From Octopus vulgaris (Eukaryota): a stretch of DNA of 64,000 bases. Numbering within the stretch: the first letter of the stretch is position 1; each line of letters opens with the position of its first letter. The stretch spans positions 69,192,001-69,256,000 of the forward strand of contig OX597818.1 of NCBI GenBank assembly GCA_951406725.2, given 5' to 3'. A program made the translations under genes and the position numbers. Shown one piece after another: positions 12,190 to 24,133 of this stretch. Below the pieces are notes generated by a model, which did no database searches, was not told the origin of the DNA, and was given only the letters and a program-made list of their open reading frames with translations.

Positions 12190-13175
12190 AAAAGGGAGAA
12201 CTTTGTCATGGCAAATAGAAACGATTTTTGTACCTATTTCAGTCGTTTCAAAAAACTTCTTCCTGCTGGAATAAAACGGAGACGAAAATTGAAATAAATT
12301 TTATTAAATTTTCGTAATTTCTGTTTGTGGAAATTCACCTATTTTCCTTGTAAAAATCAAATGCTTCTGTATTTCATGTCGTTCTGATTGTTGCTGGTTG
12401 GTAGCGATGGTCTGCTAATAAAAGATGTTGGTGGTAGGACAGACAGTAATAGTAGCTGTAATATTTTGGTGGCTTTTTGATTCTATGGTAGAGGTAGGTC
12501 TGTTGCTGGTGGATAAGGGACAGTGAGGGTTCCCTGTTACTGCTACTGCTGCTGCTGCGACTACTACTACTGTTACTACTACTAATAGTCTTTAATTTAG
12601 CTTGTAATAGTAGTTACTACTAGTCAATTGGTGTTCAATCTTTGTGTTTATATATCTTTATTCAGAAGCATTTGTCATGGCCCCCAGCAGACAAAAATGG
12701 AAACGGTGATGCCTCAGATGATAGTAGTAGGCTTATAGTAGTTTTCCATTTCTAAGCTAGAGGTAGTTGTAGTGGTGACCCCAGAAGGGGTTACAGTATT
12801 GTTGGTAGTGCTTCTTGTTGTCTCCCACAGGAATTAAGATGTGGTTGGTGTTTTATAGTGAAGGGCATTTATTTCTTACTGTGTTAACATTGAGATGTAT
12901 TATTGCAAGACTTATAGAAAGGAAAAGTTAGGTTGTTTGTTACCAGCATGTTTGTCTATATGCTCAGCCAGCCCTGTGTTCTTATAACCCCGCATTTTAA
13001 TTTGGGATCTATACAAGACTATTCATTGATGTAAAGCATTTTTTTGCTTTTCCGATGTAATGCTCCCCACATTCCAATCATGTCGTTACATAAATTAGAT
13101 CTTCAGATTAAGTTATTTCTAACTGTAAAGAGCAGTTCCTGTTTTAAACAGATCCCTGACATGTATTGCGCCCTT
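12190..13175 (-). mobile_element. Degenerate PLE GIY-YIG fragment with 3' region
   Basis: Minus translation near 13105-13040 gives EDLIYVTT*LECGEHYIGKAK (LIY..C..C..YIG), followed by LAEHIDKH; parallels 42280-42560. The left boundary is uncertain. Confidence 0.6.
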
Positions 13176-13207
13176 TAAATTAATAATATATATACACATA
13201 TACACAT

Positions 13208-13760
13208 AGATGCAGGAGTGGTTGTGTGGTAAGTAGCTTGCTAAACAACCACATGGTTCCGGGTTCAGTCCCACTGCGTGGCATCTTGGGCAAGTGTCTT
13301 CTGCTATAGCCCTGGGCCAACCAATGCCTTGTGAGTGGATTTGGTAGACGGTAACTGAAAGAAGCCTGTCGTATATATCATCATCATCATCATCATCATC
13401 ATTTAGCGTCCGTTTTCCATGCTAGCATGGGTTGGACGGTTCTGCTGGGGTCTGTGAAGCCAGAAGGCTTCATCAGGCCCAGTCACACTTTCAGCACACC
13501 CGCCCCCGCTGTATATATATATATATATATGTATGTGTGTATGTTTGTGTGTCTGTGTTTGTACCCCTAGCATTGCTTGACAACCGATGCTGGTGTGTTT
13601 ACGTCCCCATCACTTAGCCGTTCGGCAAAAAGAGACAGATAGAATAAGTACTGGGCTTACAAAGAATAAGTCCCGGGGTCGATTTGCTTGACTAAAGGCG
13701 GTGCTCCAGCATGGCCGCACTCAAATGACTGAAACAAGTAAAAGAAAAAGAAAGAAAGAA
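13208..13760 (+). mobile_element. Full-length bipartite SINE with internal microsatellite and a nested fragment (13378-13485) of the RTE-tail family
   Basis: Head gcaggagtggttgtgtggtaag..gggttcagtccc; 3' half gcttgacaaccgatgctggtgtg...ccagcatggccgcactcaaatgactgaaacaagtaaaaga. Confidence 0.85.
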
Positions 13761-13968
13761 AGAAATATATACATACACACACACACATACATCACATATA
13801 TTTCTCTTCTCTCCTCTCTTTCTCTCATCTCTACATCTTTTCTATTTCTTGCATTTCCTCCTTCATTCACTATGCCTATCTCTCAGTCCTTGACCAGCTC
13901 ACATTCCCCAATCCTGTCCTCACACTCCTGTTCCTCTGTATCATTGCTATTGTTGATGTTGTTGTTCA

Positions 13969-14345
13969 GGTCACGGCCTGGAATCGAACTCGGAATCTTT
14001 GGGTTAGTAGCCTGCGCTCTTAACCACTACTCCATATTCCCGTGGGCATATAGCATAGTGGTTAAGAGCGCGGGCTACTAACTCCAAGATTCCGAGTTCA
14101 ATCCCAGGCAGTGACCTGAACAGTAATAAAGATGATGATGATGATGATAATAATAATAACAACATCGAAAAATACCTGAGGAATGAGAACCCAGGTTCGA
14201 AATTTTCCCAAGACACCTGATGAAGGCTGGAGGGTATATCAGCTGAAACATTGTGTTAACAACAAACAAGATGAGGACAAATATCCATCAAATGTAAATA
14301 ATGTAAATAATGTACATAATTCCTCATCTCTTAAATATAGAACTG
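13969..14345. mobile_element. Palindromic tRNA-head/hammerhead element, copy 1
   Basis: Head-to-head tRNA-like units at 13969-14041 (-) and 14044-14116 (+), GAT/AAT spacer, hammerhead at 14212-14257, conserved tail ending aaatatagaactgt. Confidence 0.85.
14212..14257 (+). ncRNA. Minimal type I hammerhead motif with CpG-decay substitutions
   Basis: GACAC-CTGATGA-A-GGCTG-loop-CAGCT-GAAAC-ATT-GTGTT; the intact version is at 33932-33977. Confidence 0.65.
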
Positions 14346-14859
14346 TTTTACCCTGTTTGTTGTTCTATCACTGCCTCTGGCTTTGGTTTTCTTGTTTAAT
14401 TATGAACCATATGTTTATGTAGATATGTGTGTGTGTGGGTAGGGCACGTATATGTATACATTTATGCATGCACAATGGTCTCTAAAATAGGCAGAATCGT
14501 ATATTCTTTAAGCTGAGGAATTTAAGCATTGAATTAAATATTTAAGTATTAAATATATTCTCTAAGCTGAGAAATTAATGTATTGAATTAATCAATTTAA
14601 GTATTAAATTAAGTATTTAAGTACTTAATGTGTTCGTTATGAAGAGAAAGAGGGCCCAGTAACATGGATATATGCTTTATCAATCCATTGATAAATATTT
14701 TATTCCCTGTCATCACATTTGTCTTTGAGAACAGCAGGAGTTAAAATGGTTCTATTTTAAGAAAGTTTAGCAACTACAGAAATAAACTCCAATTAATTCA
14801 TGAATTATGGGATTGTTGATTAAATACATTGCAGGTTAACACTGTATCTGTAAATTTAT

Positions 14860-14995
14860 TGTGTGGTCAGAAAATTGCTTCCCAAGTACATGGTTCTGGG
14901 TTCAATCCCACTGCATGGTACCTTAGGTAAGGATCTACTGCTATAGCCTCAGGTCAACCAAAACCTTAGGAGTATATTTGTGAAAAGCCTGTTGT
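14860..14995 (+). mobile_element. SINE 5' half, degenerate
   Basis: Homologous to 13215-13370. Confidence 0.6.
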
Positions 14996-15004
14996 GTGTG
15001 TGTG

Positions 15005-15052
<48 letters not shown>

Positions 15053-15869
15053 TGTGTGTGTGTGTGTGTGCATGTGTTTGTGTGTGTACAGTTAAAGTAC
15101 AGTTAAAGTAGCAACATGGCAGGGTCAATACAACATTCAATAGATATGACTTGTGACCCTTAAATTGTGATACGAGATAATGAGATGATGTGTGATGCAA
15201 CAATTTAGCTTTTTTGTGCCTCACCCTTGTAGCTGAAGAATGGCAGGTATTTCTGTATCCCCAACCGTGCTCAATGAAGAGCAGACAGCCCCATACATCA
15301 ACAAAAGCTTTTCTTTTAATTGGTTGTTTAAGGATCACAGAATGCCGTTTTACTTTCTTGAGACTAAGAATGCTAGTTTCCTCATTGCCCTTTCTTGGAT
15401 AAATTTCTTATGCATGGAATCACTGTCTTTTGTAATGAAGACTGCCAAGTGTTTGATTTATGTCCAGAATAGCCTTACTCTAGCAACAACAGTGGAACTG
15501 CTTCCATTGACATAAACATGTTTGCTCAACAAAATGTGTGTGAGGTTTTGATGTAGCTTTTGTTGGTATTATTGTCAAAATTGTCACTGGAAATGTTCTT
15601 GCTAACATTGCTGTCTGCAGAAGTATCACCGTTTCTTTTGTCAGAATCTGTGTGCCTTATTACAAATATGTTGTTCATTTTTTCTTTTTTGTGTCTCTCT
15701 TTCTTTTTTGTTTTACACCATGAAAATTTGTTCTTTCTGGTTCAAAACTTTTTTGAGGGCGTTCCTACTTGAAGAAGCTATTTTGTTTCTTTGCAAATGA
15801 AAAAGAAAATAGTTTTCTTGTGAAATAAAGGGGAATATGAAAAAGTATTAAGAATAGAAAATTCTAAAG

Positions 15870-16790
15870 ATGGAAATCATGAATACAGCAATAATCTCAA
15901 GGTAGAAATAGTTAAAGAACTAAAATCGATTGAAAATCTTGCTGTGGACCAACGAAATCCTTTAAAAAAGTTACTACTTCATGATAAAGAAGCAACAACA
16001 ATAAAAACAGACACAAACATGAATATCACCAGAGTAAACCAAATAACCTACGCAGTTGCCACAGTATTTACAAAGGAAACATGGTTAACAAACCTGCAGA
16101 AAACGATGGCAAAATGATGGAAAAGATCTTTTAGTTGTTAATGAAATTAATAAAGAAAAGATGCAAATGATAAAACAAAAGGGACAGAAAATATTCGAGG
16201 AATATAATGTGACACAAAAAAGCTGCTGAAATCAAAGAACGCCTGAAACAAGAGATTCTCTCTAAATCGACAATTTCTATTGCTATGAAAAGCAACCTCA
16301 ATTCTTTGAACAAAACAAAGAGTTCACTTGCAATCCAAAACAATTTTATCCAGAACTAGGTAAAAATAAAACAGAAATCAATGTGCAGTGCCAACAACAA
16401 AGCAAGAAGAATTGTTGGGAGGAATATGGTCTGTGAAGGGATCGGCATGAACGTGATTATTCAAAACATCAAGTCCTGCAAATGAACAATTGTAAATGGC
16501 CATCTGAATTGAAGAAGAAACCTAAACAGAACAACCCCACCCCACAGAAAAAGATCAGCTAAAAGACATCAGAAAATTGATAAAATTTTAAACTTCTTTA
16601 TTGAAATATTCAGCAAAAACATGCAAATTGCTGGCAGAAGTATTTAATAGCATATTTGGAAAATGGAAACAACACCTGACCGTTTCTCTGAGAGTCAGAT
16701 TATCTTAAGCCACCACAGTAAAGAAATAATTTACACCTCGATGTAAAGATCTATAATCTGCCTTCATACTGCTTGCAAATCCTTAATTGT
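15870..16790 (+). mobile_element. R4/Dong-like non-LTR retrotransposon fragment, heavily decayed
   Basis: Frameshifted translation EIKERLKQEIL..YEKQPQFFEQNKEFTCNPKQFYPEL..GIWS..LLAEVFNSI..PDRFSESQIIL..RSIICLHTACKSL resembles the pre-RT and early RT region of R4-clade elements. Confidence 0.55.
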
Positions 16791-17439
16791 GAGAATATTT
16801 GAGTTCTGGTTGAGTTGTGTGTGTATAGAGATGTACAACTGGGCCTTTTACAAATTCTTTTCCTCCTCAACTTGCCTTAACCACAGCCCTCCCTCAACAC
16901 AATTTACTTTTCTTACTACACAGAATTGTTTCACTTGTTATCCCCATTCTTCCATTAAGGCTGCTCTCTTCATCAAACATTCAATGACCACCCCACCCAC
17001 CAGGCATTCAACTATTATCCTCCCCTCCTATTCCATACATCCTTCATCCGTCTTCTGCACTTTACCCACCCCTTACTTTTCCACCCACTCCTGCAATGCA
17101 TGCAACATCAACCCTCTCCTGTCTTTCTCCTGTCTACTGCTGTATCATTGCTATTCTACTGCAGAGCAGTGCCGGTCATCACCTACTCTCCCCAACCATG
17201 AATCTATGACTCCACTCAATTACTCTCATCCTCTCTTCTAAAATATGAGAAGCCATGTAACTATTCTGCAGCAGGAAATTTGTTTCGCTTCTGACTTCAT
17301 CTCTCAAAAAGCTACACATGTTTTGCTGTCCCTTCTCCGTGAATCTCATCTCCCACCTCTCTGGGGCTCATGGTCTTGTAACCAACAGGACAGCCTCAGT
17401 GTTGGTCGTATGTATAAAGCACCCACCCTGGATACACAG

Positions 17440-17600
17440 GTAAGTGGTTAGAAGAACATCCAGCTGTGGAAAGCATGCCAAAGCATACCCTGGGGTGTGA
17501 TGCAGTTCTTGTACCCATCAGGTTCTGTCAAGCCACCCAAGCCATACCAACATGGACTCATAGGCATTAAATGTTGTTGACGATGATGATGATGATGACG
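17440..17600 (+). mobile_element. RTE-tail family fragment
   Basis: ttagaagaacatccagctgtggaaa...ccataccaacatgga...cattaaatg followed by (GAT)n. Confidence 0.6.
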
Positions 17601-17917
17601 AGAAGGAGGAGGAGGAAGAAGAGGACTACAGCGACAACAACAATGATGACAATGACAACGAAGACAAAGACAAGGTATATAATGCATAACACAGTAATCT
17701 AGAACTGAAATAAATTTAGATATCATAAAACCTCACAATACGACAGGAAAACACATACACACATACATACATACACACACACATACATACATACATACAT
17801 ACATACATACATACATACATACATACACACATATATGTGTGTGTGTGTGTGTGTGTATTTCTCTCTCTATATATGTAATATATGTAATAGGATATATGTG
17901 ACAGTATGTATATAAAT

Positions 17918-17952
<35 letters not shown>

Positions 17953-19860
17953 AATATATATATATGTATATTTATATGTGTGTGTGTGTGTGTATTGTAT
18001 AACATATATTTGAAAATTGAAGCTGTTCTATGAACGAAACTTGTGTGCACAGATCAGGAGGTTTCCAGGTGAAGCGAGTGTAGAATTCAATTAATAAGAG
18101 TCTTGGTGTGTGAGCCACTCTGGTAGTTTGCCAACAACACTCTCACTCCAGATCATTATTTCAGAAAAACTATATAAAACTAAACAACCTATATTCTAAA
18201 CCAATTGATTTTCATGGTAAATCTAATGAGAGCAGAATATAGTTTGATGGAGATTCTACCTTTTATATTTTTATGTGTGTTTTATTATTTTTATTTTTAT
18301 TCCCTGGCTGGTGTTTATGGTTTAAAAGTTCTATATTGTATTTCGTGAACAATAGTGTTGGGGTTAGTTACAGGTTCTCAATGGTCCCCTTCATGGTTCA
18401 TTGCATTTATGATAGGGAAAAATGACAAGGGAATGCCTGTACAACATGGGCTAATCAAATATTCTTGGGTGTTTTTGTTTGAAGGCAAGGATTAAGAAAT
18501 TTGCTTCTCACCCACATGGCTTCAGGTTCAATCTCAGCATGAGGTACCTTGAGCAGGAGTCTTCTATTGTAGCTGTGGGTTGACGTCAAGGTCTTTCGGC
18601 ATTTTGGCAGAATTTTGTTGGTGGAAACGGTACAGTGCCTCAAGTGCATTTGGATTTAGTTCCATCAGGACCTGGGCAATTGAATTCGGCTACAGCTCTG
18701 AGCCAATCAAAAAGCCTTGTGGGTGCATTTGGGAAACGGAAAGGGAAAGAAGATGACCAATAAAGTAGACAGCAACAACATCATCACCAACATCACCACC
18801 ACCACCACCACCATGGCCACCACCACCACCACAATCACCACCACCATCACTACCACCGCCACCACCACAATCATGCTACCAGCCAGGTCAGCTGGTCAAA
18901 TTCAACTTTAAATTGAAAAAAGGAAATACACATACATAAATGCACACACACACACAAACATTGCACGCATTCATACACATACACATTCATATGTTCATAC
19001 AAAGCCTATACCCCCCCCCCTATACATAAGACTTTTATAGCCAAGCACACAAAAGGCAGCAGGAGGGGGGGGTAGAGTCGTTGGAGCACCAGGTAAAATG
19101 CTTTGTGGCATTTTGTCCGTTTGTACATTCTGAGGTCAAATAATGCTGAGGGTCGATAAAATAAATACCAGTTATGCACTGGGGTTGATGTAATTGACTT
19201 AACAACAGTGATGATGACAATGCCGATAGTGGTGATGATGATGTTAATGATGACAGCAATGATGGTGGTGGAGATGACGATGGTAATCAGGATGATGATG
19301 ATGATGATGATGATGGGGATCATCATGATGATGACGACAATAATTATATGATGACAATGGTAATCAGGTTGATGATGATGATGATGGATATAATAATGAT
19401 GAGGATGAGGGGGAGCGTGAAAGTGATGAGAACGATGACAATGAAGTCATTTCTGTGATTATGATGGCATTTTAATGTTATATCAATTTTATGATTCTTG
19501 TGTATATGCATTCTTAAATATATGTTTGTATATATATATATATATATATATAGTTATACATATACACATGTGTGTATATGTGTACATGCATATATATGTG
19601 TGTATATGTATGTATTTATCTATCTATATATATATATATATCCTTGTGTGTGTATGTGTTTATATATGTAAATGTTTATGCATATATGTTTGTGTCCATG
19701 AATGTATTCACATGTAGATATATATGTATGTATATATATATCTGAGTGTATATATATATATACATATATATGTATATGTGTATCTCTCTCTCTATATATA
19801 TAATATTATATATATATCATATATTATATACATACATACATATATATATGTGTGTGTGTG

Positions 19861-19959
<99 letters not shown>

Positions 19960-20536
19960 GTTGATAGATAGATAGGTAGATATAGATATATGGCATGCAA
20001 ATACTTGAAGTGTGTTACACAATATAGCTGTAACAGAAGACCGGTAAATTCTCAGGTGGTTCTATGACAATAAACAAATCATTCCAGAGAAATCTGATAG
20101 AAAATCAATGTTGACTTGAGTGCCAGACTGAGTAGAATTGGTTTGAAGCAATGACCAAAGGCTTCGACATATTAATGACCAATATCATCAGAAATTCCAG
20201 TCTTTTACAGTCATGTTTTCTCTACAAGGAAGAATTTTGCTAATGTCCTCTCGAAGTCAAAACAGCAATCGGGTTTTGGTTATTTCATGAAATGTGTAGA
20301 TTTGAATTACTTTGAAGAACAGAATATGTCTGTAGTGAGAAGAGAATAAAGCTGTTTGGGAACTGATCTTTTCTTTGAGAGAGTGAATGAGAGAGAGAGA
20401 GAGACAGAGAGAGAGACAGACAGACAAACGGAGGGAGAGAAAGAGAAAAAAGAGGGAGAAGAAAGATGGAGGGAGAAAAAAGCAGCCAAACCAAAAGATT
20501 TTACATCACACACACTCACACACACACACACACACA

Positions 20537-20626
<90 letters not shown>

Positions 20627-20789
20627 GAATAAAATCGTTAAAATTAATGAATTTTTTTCAATGGCCGCATGTAAAATGGTAACCTATTTGGTAAAATTCA
20701 TGGTGTCTATTTTCAGCATATAGGCATGGTTGCTACTGTACCCTTAATTATAATTATATTCTATACAATTATCTCTCTCTCTCTCTCCC

Positions 20790-20821
<32 letters not shown>

Positions 20822-21553
20822 CACATTCAGAGAAAGAGAGAGAGATGTTTATCTTCAGCTTTAGAGTTTGATGAGCCATCCATGGGGTTACACCCTTTGT
20901 AGATGTGAAACCATTGGTCATTCTAAAAATGACAAGAAAATAAATATTGTAATAGGACGAAAACAACACAAAAAAAAAATTTGAATTACTTCAAATGAGT
21001 AAAATCAAAAATGATTTTTTTGTCTAGCACTATACCAACCCCGTCAGTTTCCTACCCGACTAAAATCAAATATATTGAGCTGCTGAGAAGCATGAGTACT
21101 TTATATGAAAAACCCAAGAAGTATCAAAATATTATCAACAAAATTAGAACTTGTGACCTTCATGTGCAGAGAAAACAGAACTGTAACAATTAGACTACTA
21201 ACACCTCTCACTTTGGAAAGTTATGATTTGTTGTTCCTGAAATACAGCTACGATTCTGGTTTAAAACCTACAAGGATTAATTAAAGATTTTCATTGCCAT
21301 TAGAGATCAGAGACTTTCTATCAAATGATAACACAAATCTATTGCAGTCCTATCGGAATAAACATGTCATGCAAAATGTTTAACATTCGACTATTTTCTT
21401 ATCATGGCAAAGCAGTTCAACTATAATTGGGTACATGGCTTCATTCAAGATTTATTTCAGTTGTGGAAGTTGAAAATTAAAACACAGCATGGAACTCAAG
21501 AACAAACGGAAAAGCAAAGCAAGATAACGAAGATGTAAACATATATGCATTCT

Positions 21554-21599
<46 letters not shown>

Positions 21600-22144
21600 A
21601 ACACACATACATACATACATACATACATACATACATAAACATTCATGTTTCTTCACATACACACATATGAATGCACACACTGATATATATGTATGTATGT
21701 ATGTATTCACACACACATACACACATAATATATATTTATGTATGTATATATATATATAGAGAGAGAGAGAAATAGAGAGATAGAGAGGGAAAGAGACAGA
21801 GAGACGCCCATTCACATGCACACATATGCAACACATACACATACATACACACATGCATTCACACATACACACACACACATATATATGATATTAAATGGTA
21901 TTAAATGATGTAAATGTTGGATATTTTTAAATAAGATATTCTTTTCTCATGGTGGAATAGATGTAAAATGTTTCCAACCCTATACAAACAAGAAGCAGCG
22001 TCCCATGTGTGCAACTTTGAAACTCGTGAAGGAATCATAAGTTAAGGGTTTCTGTAGCCAGAAGCCAAGCATCGAATTATTCTGAGAATAGAAACCTAGT
22101 TTCCAGGATGACCAGAATGTGAAACTCTATTTATGTCACCCTAG

Positions 22145-23316
22145 GGTCCAGTGGTGACATTGTTGTTTAGAATTAGGATAGCCTGGGCAATGTCCAGAAA
22201 GCTCCTACCTCTGATGGTAACAAAGGACTTCTTGCTCTGAGTGAAATGTAAACTGTATGATGCATGTGTGTGAACTGCCATCCTACATGGCAGTGAAACA
22301 TGGGCCGTAATTACTGAGGACATGCGTAGGCTTGAAAGAAATGAATCTGCTATGTTCCATTGGATGTGAAATGTCAGTGTGCATACACGGCAGAGTGTAA
22401 GCACCCAGAGAGAAGTGTTGCACGTAAGAAGCATCAGGTGCGGTGTGCAAGAGACAGCTGTGCTGGTATGGTTATGTGCTGCTTATGGATGAGGAGAACT
22501 GTGTGAAGAAGTGTCACACCCCAAGAGTGGAAGGAACCCATAGAAGAGGGAGACCCAGAAAGACATGGGATGAGGTGGTGAAGCAGACCTCTGAACGTTG
22601 GGCCTCACAATGACAAGAGACCAAAACCTTTGGAGATATACTGTGATTGATAAAATCCAGGAAGTAAAGTGAGATCACAGTCATGGCCAAATGCCAGCAT
22701 TGCATAACCAAGCCATTTAAAAGTACCCTTGAATCGTTGGGTGATACACTGTGCTTGAGAAGACCTGTTGAATCAAGTGATATTGAATCATGACCTGGCT
22801 AGGAAAGGAAAACCACAGCCGTGGCCAAATACCAGTGTTGCATAACCAACCCACTTAAAAGTACCCATGAATTGTCAGGTGATACACTGCACTTGAGAAG
22901 ACCTATTGAGTCAAGTAAAATCAATCAAAAATCAAAGTAAAATCGAAATCAAAATGGAAATTGTAGTTGTGGCCAATGCCAGTGCCACCTGACTGGCTCC
23001 CAGTGCAGGTGGCATGTAAAAGACACCATTTGAACGTGGCAGATGCCAGCCTCCCCCACCCCACTCTCACACAACTGACTCCTGTGCTGGTGGCACATAA
23101 AATGCACCATCTGACTGGGGTCGATGCCAGTGCTGCACGACTGGCTCCTGTGCTGGTGGCATGTAAAAGGCACCCACTACACTCTCTTGGAGTGGTTGGC
23201 ATTAGGAAGGGCACCCAGCCGTAGAAACCTTGCCAGATCAGATTGCAGCCTACTGGCGTGCCAGTCCCCAGTTAAACCGTCCAACCCATGGCAGCATGGA
23301 AAACGGACACTAAATG

Positions 23317-23348
<32 letters not shown>

Positions 23349-23352
23349 GATC
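22145..23352 (+). mobile_element. RTE LINE 3' end with duplicated 3'UTR segment and family tail
   Basis: RIRIAWAMSRKLLPL..KLYDACV*TAILHGSETWAV..RRLERNE..WYGYVLLMDEE..VEG..RRGRPRKTWDEVV; a ~100-bp unit occurs twice (22677-22780, 22815-22917); tail ends in (GAT)n. Confidence 0.9.
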
Positions 23353-24017
23353 CTGTGACAACCAAAACAAGCAGAGTCTAAGATTCAGGCATGATTGTAA
23401 GGTTAACAAGTTCAATTCTTAGATTTTTGTTTGAGTAAAGTCTCTATCATTGGCTCAAGATGATGACAGTATGATAAACAGGTGAGCATCGATGATGGCA
23501 TCTCTTGTTAGTGAGGCAGAGTGAGGCGAACATTGTTAAATTCTTTGTTTTAGTCTGTCACCAATTGCTTGTCACTGACCAAGTTGTATTGGTCAATGGA
23601 GATATATTTCGTTAGCCGCGTGAATATTAACTGAAGTAAATTCCTGAACATTTGACTGAAATATTTATTGCCGGACATAAAAGTATTTAGTGTTGGCTAT
23701 TTACAATGGACAACATAAATGTTTGCTGAATGGGAGAGAGAAGAGAAAAAAACCATGTTGTGTCTGTGGAAGTTAATTCTGAGACCTTGTGTGGGTGTTC
23801 AGAATGGATCTGAAGCTGTCTGCGTAAATGCCCAGAACAATCAACATGGCAAGAGTGGAGGCGTGTGAGTCAGGTGGAGGCATGTGAGCCTTTGAGAGGC
23901 AAGAGTGGAGGCATGTGAGTCAGGTGTCTGCCTTTGAGATTCTGTGATTGAGTACCAAAATGCTTTTTTATTGGAGAAAAGAAGAATATTTAAGAAAACC
24001 ACATCATGCCACAGCCA

Positions 24018-24133
24018 CATGCTGATTGGTCAATTTATAGACCAGTCCTATGAAGCATGCTGATTGGTCAATTTATAGACCAGTCCTATGAAGCATGCTG
24101 ATTGGTCAATTTATAGACAAGTCCTATGAAGCA
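24018..24133. repeat. 38-bp tandem repeat x3
   Basis: catgctgattggtcaatttatagaccagtcctatgaag at 24018, 24056 and 24094 (one mismatch). Confidence 0.95.

Noticed and set aside
14044-14116. Functional tRNA-Ser(ACT) gene
   Set aside because: Acceptor and anticodon stems are poorly paired, the ACT anticodon is atypical in eukaryotes, and copies diverge like a repeat; treated as a SINE-type head.
15210-15800. Minus-strand exon ending at aagg|gtgagg
   Set aside because: No continuous frame and no recognisable domain.
20030-20330. Strong minus-strand acceptor (ttctcttctcactacag) as a coding exon
   Set aside because: All three frames close within 25 codons.
24018-24133. CRISPR-like array (38-bp repeats with hairpin)
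   Set aside because: No spacers, eukaryotic context, no cas genes.
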